A stretch of DNA of 64,000 bases from Promethearchaeota archaeon (lineage in GTDB: Archaea > Asgardarchaeota > Lokiarchaeia > Sigyniarchaeales > SOKP01). The notes beneath the pieces were generated by a model. It was not told the DNA's origin, made no database searches, and was given only the letters and a program-made list of their open reading frames with translations. The position numbers and the translations under genes are program-made. This document shows positions 1 to 8,975 of this stretch, piece after piece; positions within the stretch are counted from its first letter, which is position 1; each line of letters starts with the position of its first letter. The DNA lies in NCBI GenBank assembly GCA_008080735.1, contig SHMW01000014.1, forward strand, positions 1-64,000. Direction: 5' to 3'.

Positions 1-1029
1 AGTTATATCGCGATGGGAACAAGTCTCGTTGGTTTAGGATTAGCCCTTCTTATACGTAGTGTCAATCTGAACATCACCGATGTCAATGGTCTACAAGACT
101 TTTTTAAGCCTCTGATTCATGGTATCTTTTTAGATAATTATTTTGCCGAGGTCTTCAGCAATCATCTGGACCCTGTGTCATACTTAAAATGGGATGAATA
201 TATCCTCGCTATTAAAGATATTTTGACGGATAAATTTAAAAACAAAATTTCCAAGGAAGAAAAAGGAGAATTACCAATAACCTTCGCAATTGAAAAGATT
301 TTGTTTCTTTATTATCTCAAATACCAAAAAGTCCTCTCAGATGGTCAATTTCTCCAGGAAGTCAAGGAGGTAGTAAATTTAGAGTCTAAAGAATTCGATG
401 TAGAAAAGGGGTGTAATATCGAGGGGAAATGGGCATTCGCGGAAAAAGATATCTATAAATTATTTCGTTTTATTAAAAAGCATAATCCCGGATTCTTCAC
501 CTTGATGGACAGATTACAACTCGAATTGGCAGACAATATTGAACGGATCGCTGCAGATCCCATTTACTTTGACTCATCTGCTCAAGAAGTCGTGAATTTA
601 AACACCGAACTCAATATTATGGTCTTTCTCTATAACAATAGTCCCGAGGCAAAAGATTACCGAATTCGGATCATTGCCCCCGGCTTTGAGCCTAAAAAAG
701 TTTCTCTCGATATCCAAGTGGAAGGAAGGGGCTCGTTTGAGATCCCCAGTACAGACATCCCATTAGTATCTGATGAAGGATTAGATATCACCCAGGTCCT
801 TTCTACAATCTTAGAAAACGGGGATACTGCATGGTTAACCTTGGAACCCATAAAAAAAGGAGAACAAACCATCCAAATTTTTTTGGAAACGACCAATGGA
901 CAGATCATCGAGGGAGAGACGAGGACTATTAAAGTCAAACGGAATATTAAAGATTATCTCAAGAAATTGGGCTCTCTTGGCTCCGTCGTGAGTGGTGTGG
1001 CAGTCGCAGTCTCCAGAGTTTTATTTTAA
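1..1029 (+). CDS. Hypothetical membrane protein, 5'-truncated by the window edge; beta-rich (Ig-like?) C-terminal region and hydrophobic tail
   Basis: Frame is open from position 1; hydrophobic segment at the start and a terminal GSLGSVVSGVAVAVSRVLF. Confidence 0.7.
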   Translation, partial: SYIAMGTSLVGLGLALLIRSVNLNITDVNGLQDFFKPLIHGIFLDNYFAEVFSNHLDPVSYLKWDEYILAIKDILTDKFKNKISKEEKGELPITFAIEKILFLYYLKYQKVLSDGQFLQEVKEVVNLESKEFDVEKGCNIEGKWAFAEKDIYKLFRFIKKHNPGFFTLMDRLQLELADNIERIAADPIYFDSSAQEVVNLNTELNIMVFLYNNSPEAKDYRIRIIAPGFEPKKVSLDIQVEGRGSFEIPSTDIPLVSDEGLDITQVLSTILENGDTAWLTLEPIKKGEQTIQIFLETTNGQIIEGETRTIKVKRNIKDYLKKLGSLGSVVSGVAVAVSRVLF

Positions 1030-1228
1030 ATTTATAAATCTAACATCTTTTTATTTTCTTCTTCTCTATTTCAGATATTTCAAACCTTGTTTTTTGTTAT
1101 GATAATGGATTTTCAATTTATTTTCTTCTTTTATACTAAGAAAAAATTGCGATAATTGTATTTATTAATAAAAATACTGAGATTTAATTTGGTAAACTTT
1201 CATTATATTAATGAGTTTGTGACTTGTC

Positions 1229-3217
1229 TTGACGGATTTGGGAAATAAATTAGAAGATAAGGCGGATGTATTGGATTCAATTGAGAATGAAAAAAGCAAT
1301 AGAAAAGAACAATTGAAAGAGATTAATAATTTTTTAGAAATTTTTGATGAATCTAATGAAGGAGAGAATGAAACCTTATCAAAGATTCCTCAGTCCTTTC
1401 CAAAGTTCTTTAGATTTCCCAAATCCATCTCACTTCGATTGGATTATGGAAATGAGGGTTATAAAACAAAAAATTTCGAGACTGGTTCTGATTCTGATGA
1501 AATTTCAAGGTATACAACAATTTTAGGAAAAAGACTTAGAATTAAAGTATATTATAATGGGGGAAAGATTTTTACTGAATATGAGACTTTATTATTTAAA
1601 CGGATCACTAAGATTATAAAACTATACTTGGAAAATACTCGCTTAAAGGAAAAAAAGAGATTGCTAACTACTTTTTATAGAGAAATATTAAACGCCATAA
1701 AGAATGGGGTATGGGTCTCTGATGAAAAAGAAATAATAACCTACTGCAATTCTGCAATGCAAACAATAGCGGGTGTGCCTGTAGAACAGATCATTGGGAA
1801 GAATGTGTTAACAGATTTTCATCACGAAACAGTAAAAATATTTAAAAACTATTATATTAAGGCAAGAAACAGCTTAAAGCCTGTTAAATACAAAAATATC
1901 CCCGTTGACACACCGAGTGGAAGGAAAAGCATCCAATCAGGCTGGTTAATACCTCGAATAAAGGATGGAAAATATAATGGAATGATTTGCACTATTGATG
2001 ATCTTACCGAAAAATACCAAATAAAAGAACAATTAGATGAGAAAAAATCTCTATATGAGGCAATCGTATTCAGTAATTCGATTGGTGTGGCAGTGGTTGA
2101 TATGAAGGGACATCCCTTGGAAATTAATGATTATCTTCTCGAGATGTTCGGTTATAGTGCTGAAGAACTCAGAAAGATGCATTTTAAAGAATTTACATTT
2201 CCTAAAGATAAAGGAAAGGATTTAGGTCTGTATAAAGAACTTATTGCCGGAAAACGTGATTTTTATCATATAGAGAAACGATATATCCACAAAGATGGTT
2301 CAATCGTGTGGGGATATCTGACTGCGACATTAATACGAGACTCTCAAGGGCAACCTAATTATGTGATCAGTCTGGTTCAAGATATCACCGAAAAAAAACA
2401 CACAGAACAAAAATTACGAAAATCAAAAGAAAATCTCAAGGAATTAAATCAAAAATTAGAACTAAAAGTCAAAGAGAGGACTCAAGAATTATCTCAGTCT
2501 CGGAAAAAATATAAACAAGCTTTCAAACGAGTAAATTTTTATAAAAATTTAATTACCCACGATATGAGTAATATTCTTCAAAATATCTACTCATCGGTCG
2601 AATTGGTTTTACTGTATCGAGAAAATCCCTCATATAGTGACGAACTAAATGATATAATTAATGTTTTAAAAGAACAAACCATCAGGGGAATAAATTTTAT
2701 TAAAAATGCTCGCAACCTCGCAAATCTCGAGAATAAACAACAAAAATTGCAAAAAATTGATCTATTAGATGAGATAGAGGACACAGTTCGTATATTTGAG
2801 ACAAGTTTTCTTTCTCGGGAATTAGATATAAAAATTAAATCTGAAATAAATCAAGTATTCATCAAAGCTAATGAGCTCATCAATGACGTAATTGAAAATC
2901 TTCTTTCTAATTCCATTAAATATAACGACTCAAAAAAAGTGGAAATTAGGATTAAGATCTCTACTCAAATTAAAGAGGACACTCACTATGTCCGGGTAGA
3001 AGTTATTGATAATGGCATTGGGATCCCCGATAACAGAAAAAAAGAAATTTTTAATCAAATAAGGAATAAGAAGTATTCGAGGAGTGGAATGGGATTGGGA
3101 TTATCGCTTGTCAAAACTATTGTTCACATTTTTGATGGAAAGATTTGGGTTGAAAATCGGATAAAGAATGATTATACTATGGGCTCGAAATTTATCCTTC
3201 TCCTCCCAGAGTATTAA
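1229..3217 (+). CDS. PAS/PAC sensor histidine kinase
   Basis: Two PAS domains; H-box HDMSNILQN; N-box NLLSNSIKY; DNGIGI; GMGLGL. Confidence 0.93.
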   Translation: MTDLGNKLEDKADVLDSIENEKSNRKEQLKEINNFLEIFDESNEGENETLSKIPQSFPKFFRFPKSISLRLDYGNEGYKTKNFETGSDSDEISRYTTILGKRLRIKVYYNGGKIFTEYETLLFKRITKIIKLYLENTRLKEKKRLLTTFYREILNAIKNGVWVSDEKEIITYCNSAMQTIAGVPVEQIIGKNVLTDFHHETVKIFKNYYIKARNSLKPVKYKNIPVDTPSGRKSIQSGWLIPRIKDGKYNGMICTIDDLTEKYQIKEQLDEKKSLYEAIVFSNSIGVAVVDMKGHPLEINDYLLEMFGYSAEELRKMHFKEFTFPKDKGKDLGLYKELIAGKRDFYHIEKRYIHKDGSIVWGYLTATLIRDSQGQPNYVISLVQDITEKKHTEQKLRKSKENLKELNQKLELKVKERTQELSQSRKKYKQAFKRVNFYKNLITHDMSNILQNIYSSVELVLLYRENPSYSDELNDIINVLKEQTIRGINFIKNARNLANLENKQQKLQKIDLLDEIEDTVRIFETSFLSRELDIKIKSEINQVFIKANELINDVIENLLSNSIKYNDSKKVEIRIKISTQIKEDTHYVRVEVIDNGIGIPDNRKKEIFNQIRNKKYSRSGMGLGLSLVKTIVHIFDGKIWVENRIKNDYTMGSKFILLLPEY

Positions 3218-3553
3218 ATTCAATGACAATTATCTCGAATTTTAAGCTTGTATGTGAGATTACTTTTTCTTGAGTCTACTTTTTCTTGTTTAGAATTGGA
3301 AAGATGAATATAGAGTTCTCATTTATTAATAGTATGCGTAATTTTTATGCTTTTTTCTGTGTTTCCTTGCTTCAAGTTCATGATTAATTTTCTTATCATT
3401 AAGAACACTTTGATTATTAAACTATCTTCCCTATCTAATGTAATGCTCAACCTTAATTTGAATTATTGATTTTTAATAAATATACTATTAAAATCGATCA
3501 CATTGATATAGAAAAATAATAAACAGAATTATAAAAAAAAAGTGATTTAAAAA

Positions 3554-4225
3554 ATGGTTGTAATTACAACTCAGAAACCCGAGGAAGAGGTTTTTGAAGC
3601 TCTTGAAAAGTGGGGTATCAAGAAAGCAGTTGTCGTTTCGTGTGGTACCTGCGCGGCATTGTGCCAAACAGGTGGGACCGAAGGACTAGAACGCTGGACT
3701 GAGAAACTAGAAGAGAAGGGAATCCAAGTAACCGCGGGAATTGTCAGTGAAGATGTATGTGATAATCGAGTCATGATGAAAGATCTGCGAAAAATCGACG
3801 ATGAGCTCAAGGAATCCGATGGTGTCATAACATTGAGCTGTGGGCTCGGAGAACAATCTCTTGTAAAAGTTCTGGGGAGAAAGTACCCAAAACTTCCCGT
3901 AATTATCGCAAATAATACGGAATTTATGGGGATGACAGAGAGAATTGGACGTTTTTATATGAGATGCCGAGGATGCGGAGATTGCCTTTTAAACGACACT
4001 GGGGGAATTTGTCCCATAACGACTTGTGCAAAATCCCTCATGAATGGCCCTTGCGGTGGGATGGTTGAGGGTATGTGCGAGGTTGATAATTATGAACGAG
4101 ATTGCGGGTGGGTCTTAATATATAACCGCTTGAAAGAGATGGGGCGATTAGATTTATACGAAAAATTACGAGATGCCTTTGACTGGTCCGAACGGGGCCA
4201 TCAAAGAGAGGTCGTGTTTAGATAG
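3554..4225 (+). CDS. metV: Methylenetetrahydrofolate reductase small Fe-S/Zn subunit (MetV; MTHFR C-terminal-like)
   Basis: CGTCAALCQTGG, CRGCGDC, GGICPITTCAKSLMNGPCGG, DCGW motifs; directly upstream of metF; SD AGTGAT 7 nt before ATG. Confidence 0.88.
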   Translation: MVVITTQKPEEEVFEALEKWGIKKAVVVSCGTCAALCQTGGTEGLERWTEKLEEKGIQVTAGIVSEDVCDNRVMMKDLRKIDDELKESDGVITLSCGLGEQSLVKVLGRKYPKLPVIIANNTEFMGMTERIGRFYMRCRGCGDCLLNDTGGICPITTCAKSLMNGPCGGMVEGMCEVDNYERDCGWVLIYNRLKEMGRLDLYEKLRDAFDWSERGHQREVVFR

Positions 4226-4240
4226 GAGGTGGTAAGAAAA

Positions 4241-5164
4241 ATGGCATATTCAAAATTAGGAGAAATGTTAGAGAAGGGCGAGTTTATCCTTACGGGAGAG
4301 CTTGAGCCTGAAAAGACGTGTGATCTTTCTCATACTATTCATGAAGCTGAGGAGATGGCGCCATATGTAGTTGCCGCGAATGTGACGGACAGTCCTTTAG
4401 GAATCGTCACAATTAATTCTATGGCAGCATCCCATATTATTCAAAGAGAAACAGGACTGGAAGTCATTTGGCAATTAACGGTTCGTGATGTAAACAAACT
4501 GGGGATTGCTGGAATGATTATGGGGGGACATGCATTAGGTATACGAAATGTTTTATCCCTTACGGGAGACCATCCCGCGATGGGTGATATTCCGGAAACG
4601 AAACCCGTGTTTGATTTAGACTCTGCGACCTTATGTAAGTTAGTTCGAGAGATGGTTGACGAGGGAAAAATCAACGGTGCTGAGATAGAATGTCCACCAA
4701 CCTTACACGTAGGCGCTGCGGCGAATCCGAACGCAGATCCGATGGGTGCTGAAGTATTGAAGATTGGTAGAAAAGCGAAAGCTGGGGCAGAATTTATCCA
4801 AACCCAAGTGGTGTACGATCTAGATCGAACGATTGAATTTCTTCGAGAAATTAAGAAATACAATGTTCCCGTATTGTTAGGAATCTTTCCGATGAAAAGC
4901 TACGGCATTGCAAAAGGTTTTGACGAGTTTGTTCCTGGTGTAAGTGTTCCAAAGGATATCCTCGCAAAATGGAAATCCATCAAGAAGGAGATTTCAGATA
5001 AAAAGGAACAGAAGAAAGCATACGATCAAGCTAACTACGAGTTTTTCAATCCATTCATTACCGAGCTACGCAAGAAAGACTTGCTTGAGGGCATCCATTG
5101 CATGGCAGTCCATTATCCACGAATATTTCCGAAACTGCAAAAGGTAATTGACGATACGAGCTAA
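4241..5164 (+). CDS. metF: 5,10-methylenetetrahydrofolate reductase
   Basis: ANVTDSP, QLTVRD.N, LTGDHP..GD, KAKAGAEFIQTQ; SD GGAGGTGG before ATG 4241 (track start 4229). Confidence 0.92.
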   Translation: MAYSKLGEMLEKGEFILTGELEPEKTCDLSHTIHEAEEMAPYVVAANVTDSPLGIVTINSMAASHIIQRETGLEVIWQLTVRDVNKLGIAGMIMGGHALGIRNVLSLTGDHPAMGDIPETKPVFDLDSATLCKLVREMVDEGKINGAEIECPPTLHVGAAANPNADPMGAEVLKIGRKAKAGAEFIQTQVVYDLDRTIEFLREIKKYNVPVLLGIFPMKSYGIAKGFDEFVPGVSVPKDILAKWKSIKKEISDKKEQKKAYDQANYEFFNPFITELRKKDLLEGIHCMAVHYPRIFPKLQKVIDDTS

Positions 5165-5175
5165 AACCCTACACT

Positions 5176-5207
5176 CTTTCCTTTTTTTATTTTTGCTTCT
5201 TTATTTT
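5176..5207 (+). terminator. Archaeal oligo-T terminator after metVF
   Basis: T-rich tract (ctttcctttttttattttt...) directly after the stop codon. Confidence 0.45.
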
Positions 5208-5434
5208 AACTCTTCAAATTTTTGAGAGAGATCCCTAGATTTAAGTAAATGGCATGTTAAAAATGAACATTCTTGTCCAGAGCAAAAATATTATAAAAAT
5301 AAATACGATTAGTTTTATATATAATTTAGATAAATTAAGGGTTGTGAAGCTCGGCTTCGATAGCTTGAAATTATAAAAAATTAAGTTGCATCTAAAGTTC
5401 GAATTCTAAAAAATCTGAAGAGATATTTGTTTCT

Positions 5435-7132
5435 GTGAATCATCCGAATAAATTACCATTGGAACGCTTTAAGTCGATATTTGATGAATTACCTATTCCA
5501 ATTCATATTTGGCAGCAAATAGGAAACGAATTTATTTTTCGCTATTTTAATGAAGCTAATAATGCTCTCGCGGGTGGAAAGCTCCAGGATATGATAGGAA
5601 TTGCAGCCTCCGAAGTCCATAAAAATAACCCGGACTTAATAGAAAACTTACACGAATGTGCTCGGGCGAAAACGGAATTTTCCCGAGACCTGACATATAA
5701 ATATAAAAGTTCTGGAGTAGAAAAACATCTCTTAGTTATTTATTCGTTTCTCCCACCTGATCTCGTTATCGCGGTGACTCAAGATAAAACCAAATTATGG
5801 AAGCAGGAACAAACAATTAAGCATAAATCGAAACTTCAGAATTTACTCTCGAAAATTTCCTCTCGGTTTGTTGACTTGAAGGATTTCAATAGCTCTATAA
5901 ATGAATCTCTGGAAGATATTGGAAAATTTAGCGGAGCGAGTAGAAGTTATCTGTTTCTCATTGATGATAGGAAAAAAATCACTTATAATTCACATGAGTG
6001 GTGTAAGCCAGGAGTGAATCCTCAACTTCAGAATAACCAAACTATTTCCTTAGAGGATATTGAATGGTTTTTAAAAACTCTTAAAAGAGAAAAAGGGGTT
6101 CATATTCCGGACGTGTCCCAATTACCTCCAAATACAGAAAAGATTCGGCATATCCTCCAAAAACAAGATATAAAATCGTTATTAAATTATCCCCTCTATA
6201 TTGGAGAGGAATTAATCGGATTTATCGGATTCGATGATACTGAAAAAACCACTGAATGGGATCAAGAAGATTTCGAATCCTTAAAAATCACCGCGGAAAT
6301 ATTGGGAAACGCTTTAGAAAGAAAACAAAATGAAATGATCCTCGAAAATCTCACCATCGAATTAGAGAAAAAAGTAGACTTACGAACCAAAGAATTGAAA
6401 CGATCTGAAGAACAATATCGCGATGCATATGAGATGGCAAACTTTTATAAGACTTTGATTGCTCACGATATGAACAATGTTCTTCAGAATATAAAATCCT
6501 CGATGCAGTTGGGAATGATCAATTTGGAGGAGGATGATTGTGATCTCCATAAAATTAAGGAATTATTCGAAATTATCAACGAGCAGACGATAAGAGGGGC
6601 AAAACTTGTACAGAATATACGTAAAATCTCAAATGTGGAGAATGAGGAGGAAACATTAACGAAGATTGATTTATGTCGGTATTTACAAAAAGCTCTTCAG
6701 TCTGTACGAGATAGCAACCAATCTAGAGATTTAGAAATCAAGATTCATTCAGATATTACAGAGGCATATGTAAATGCGAATAATTTTATTGAAGATTTAT
6801 TTGAAAACATTCTCATTAACGCCATCAAATATAATGATTCTTCTCCAGTGAAAGTTGATATTACTATTGAAAACAAAGTCCAAGACCAAAAGAATTATAT
6901 TAAATTGGTCTTTGAAGACAACGGTATCGGTATCGAAAATGGTCGTAAAGCAATGATTTTTGAACCTATGAGTAATCAAAGTAAGACTTCTAGCGGATTG
7001 GGAGTGGGTCTTTCTTTGGTGAAAAAAATAATTGAGACCTATAATGGAAAGATTTGGGTTGAAAATAAAATCCAAAATGATTATAGTAAGGGAAGTAAAT
7101 TCATAGTGATGCTTCCCAGAGCAGAGCTGTAA
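5435..7132 (+). CDS. PAS-GAF sensor histidine kinase
   Basis: GAF (ASRSYLF...HEWC...GFIGFD); H-box HDMNNVLQN; NAIKYN; DNGIGI; GLGVGL. Confidence 0.93.
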   Translation: MNHPNKLPLERFKSIFDELPIPIHIWQQIGNEFIFRYFNEANNALAGGKLQDMIGIAASEVHKNNPDLIENLHECARAKTEFSRDLTYKYKSSGVEKHLLVIYSFLPPDLVIAVTQDKTKLWKQEQTIKHKSKLQNLLSKISSRFVDLKDFNSSINESLEDIGKFSGASRSYLFLIDDRKKITYNSHEWCKPGVNPQLQNNQTISLEDIEWFLKTLKREKGVHIPDVSQLPPNTEKIRHILQKQDIKSLLNYPLYIGEELIGFIGFDDTEKTTEWDQEDFESLKITAEILGNALERKQNEMILENLTIELEKKVDLRTKELKRSEEQYRDAYEMANFYKTLIAHDMNNVLQNIKSSMQLGMINLEEDDCDLHKIKELFEIINEQTIRGAKLVQNIRKISNVENEEETLTKIDLCRYLQKALQSVRDSNQSRDLEIKIHSDITEAYVNANNFIEDLFENILINAIKYNDSSPVKVDITIENKVQDQKNYIKLVFEDNGIGIENGRKAMIFEPMSNQSKTSSGLGVGLSLVKKIIETYNGKIWVENKIQNDYSKGSKFIVMLPRAEL

Positions 7133-7244
7133 ATCTTTCGTTTTACGATGAATTCAGCCCATAATAAAGTGGGGATCTTATTTTAGAGTTTTTTTTTAAA
7201 TCATTAGTAATAACTTTAAAAATTAGTAAGAACCACAATAGTCT

Positions 7245-8759
7245 ATGAAGAACTATGATTTTGTTGTAATTGGTTCAGGTGTGGGATTGAGTGTGTTAAA
7301 TACCGCACTTAATCAAGATTTGAATTGCGCTCTCGTAGAAAACGATAAAATCGGTGGTACATGTCTCACGCGTGGCTGTATTCCTTCTAAAGTTTTAGTG
7401 TATCCCGCAGATGTGATAAGAGAAGCTCAGCACGCTGAAAATGTGGGGATAGATCTAAAATTAAAAGCTTTTGATTGGCCCCTAATCTCGGAAAGGATGT
7501 GGAGTCAAATCGAAGAAGGAAAGAAAATCAAACAGGGACTTTCCCAAGTTCCAAATCTTGATATGTACTTAGGACGTGGAGAATTTACGGACGAATATGA
7601 GATGGAAGTGTTTGATCAGAATGAGAAAAGTCTCGAAAAATTTACAGCAGACAAATTTTTGCTTGCCTCTGGAGCAAGATCTTTAATTCCGCCAATCGAA
7701 GGGCTTAAGGAGGCAGACTATGTTACCAGTGAGTCATTTTTTGGAGAAAAATTCCCTAAAAAACCGTGGAAAAGCTTAATCATTATTGGTGGCGGAATTA
7801 TTGCGGCCGAATTTGCTCATATATTTTCAGCACTGGGAACGGAAGTGACGATTATTGAGATGTTGCCCAGATTAGTTTCTACTGAGGAAGAGGAGATAAG
7901 TCGAATTTTAGAACAAAATTATCGAAGATTTATGGAAATTTTGCTAAAAAAACGAGCGACAAAAGTGAAAAAGGAGGGCGGGAAAAAAACCGTTATCTAT
8001 ATAGATACTGAAACAGAAGAAGAGGGTGAGGTAACGGGGCAAGAGATTTTAGTGGCGACAGGTCGAAAATCCAACGCTGACCTTTTGAGAGTATCGAATA
8101 CGGGTGTGAAAGTTGATGAGAAAAACTGGATTCAAACCAATGAATTTCTAGAAACATCAAAACAGAATATATGGTGTATCGGAGATGCGAATGGGAAATA
8201 TTTATTTCGGCATAAAGGTAATTATGAGTCTGAAATTGTCACCTTCAATATATTTGGTCCAGAGGATCAAAAACGGAGGGCTGATTATTCTGCAGTTCCG
8301 TGGGCGATTTATAGCTACCCACAAATCGGACATGTGGGGATGACTGAACAAGAAGCAATAGAAAGTGGACATAAAATTTTTGTTGCGAAAAAGAAATATA
8401 ATTCGATAGCAAAAGGATTTGCGATGGGTTTAACAGAAGAAGATCCCGAAAATGGCCTTGCAAAATTAGTTGTTGACCAATCATATAAAATTTTAGGGGC
8501 GAATGTTATTGGACCATCGGCACCAGTGTTAGTACAACAAATTACCTATTTGATGAATTCTGGTTATCGTTGTGAGGTACCTGAAGAAGCCCCTGTAGAT
8601 GTCATACCTAAACAAGAAAGAGCGTGTCCCGAAGCGGGCTCATTTATGCCAATATATAATTCGATGGTAATACATCCTTCATTGAATGAAATTGTAGGGT
8701 GGATTATTGGAAATTTACAACCTGTAAATATTGAACACACACATCATCATCACGGCTAA
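7245..8759 (+). CDS. Class I pyridine nucleotide-disulfide oxidoreductase (dihydrolipoamide dehydrogenase/mycothione reductase-like)
   Basis: GSGVG FAD motif; GGTCLTRGCIPSK redox disulfide; GGGIIAAE; IHPSLNE. Confidence 0.9.
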   Translation: MKNYDFVVIGSGVGLSVLNTALNQDLNCALVENDKIGGTCLTRGCIPSKVLVYPADVIREAQHAENVGIDLKLKAFDWPLISERMWSQIEEGKKIKQGLSQVPNLDMYLGRGEFTDEYEMEVFDQNEKSLEKFTADKFLLASGARSLIPPIEGLKEADYVTSESFFGEKFPKKPWKSLIIIGGGIIAAEFAHIFSALGTEVTIIEMLPRLVSTEEEEISRILEQNYRRFMEILLKKRATKVKKEGGKKTVIYIDTETEEEGEVTGQEILVATGRKSNADLLRVSNTGVKVDEKNWIQTNEFLETSKQNIWCIGDANGKYLFRHKGNYESEIVTFNIFGPEDQKRRADYSAVPWAIYSYPQIGHVGMTEQEAIESGHKIFVAKKKYNSIAKGFAMGLTEEDPENGLAKLVVDQSYKILGANVIGPSAPVLVQQITYLMNSGYRCEVPEEAPVDVIPKQERACPEAGSFMPIYNSMVIHPSLNEIVGWIIGNLQPVNIEHTHHHHG

Positions 8760-8975
8760 TTTGATTGGTTAAGGCCATTGGAACTCAGCTCTTTTTTAGA
8801 GTTTCCCTAAAATTCTTTATATTTATAAATTCTTAACTTTTTTCTTAATTTTACCATTATTGCCAATTTTTACACATTTTTTAGAGAAATCAGAACATAA
8901 ACATATAAATAAAATTTCTCAAATTATTGATATAGATTCAAAAAAAACCAAACTTGAACTCCGAAATTAGGCTTT

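Noticed and set aside
7148-7176. ATGA-N11-AA...GA SECIS-like pattern after the GAF kinase
   Set aside because: The 3' arm is too short for a SECIS stem, and the upstream gene has no in-frame TGA.
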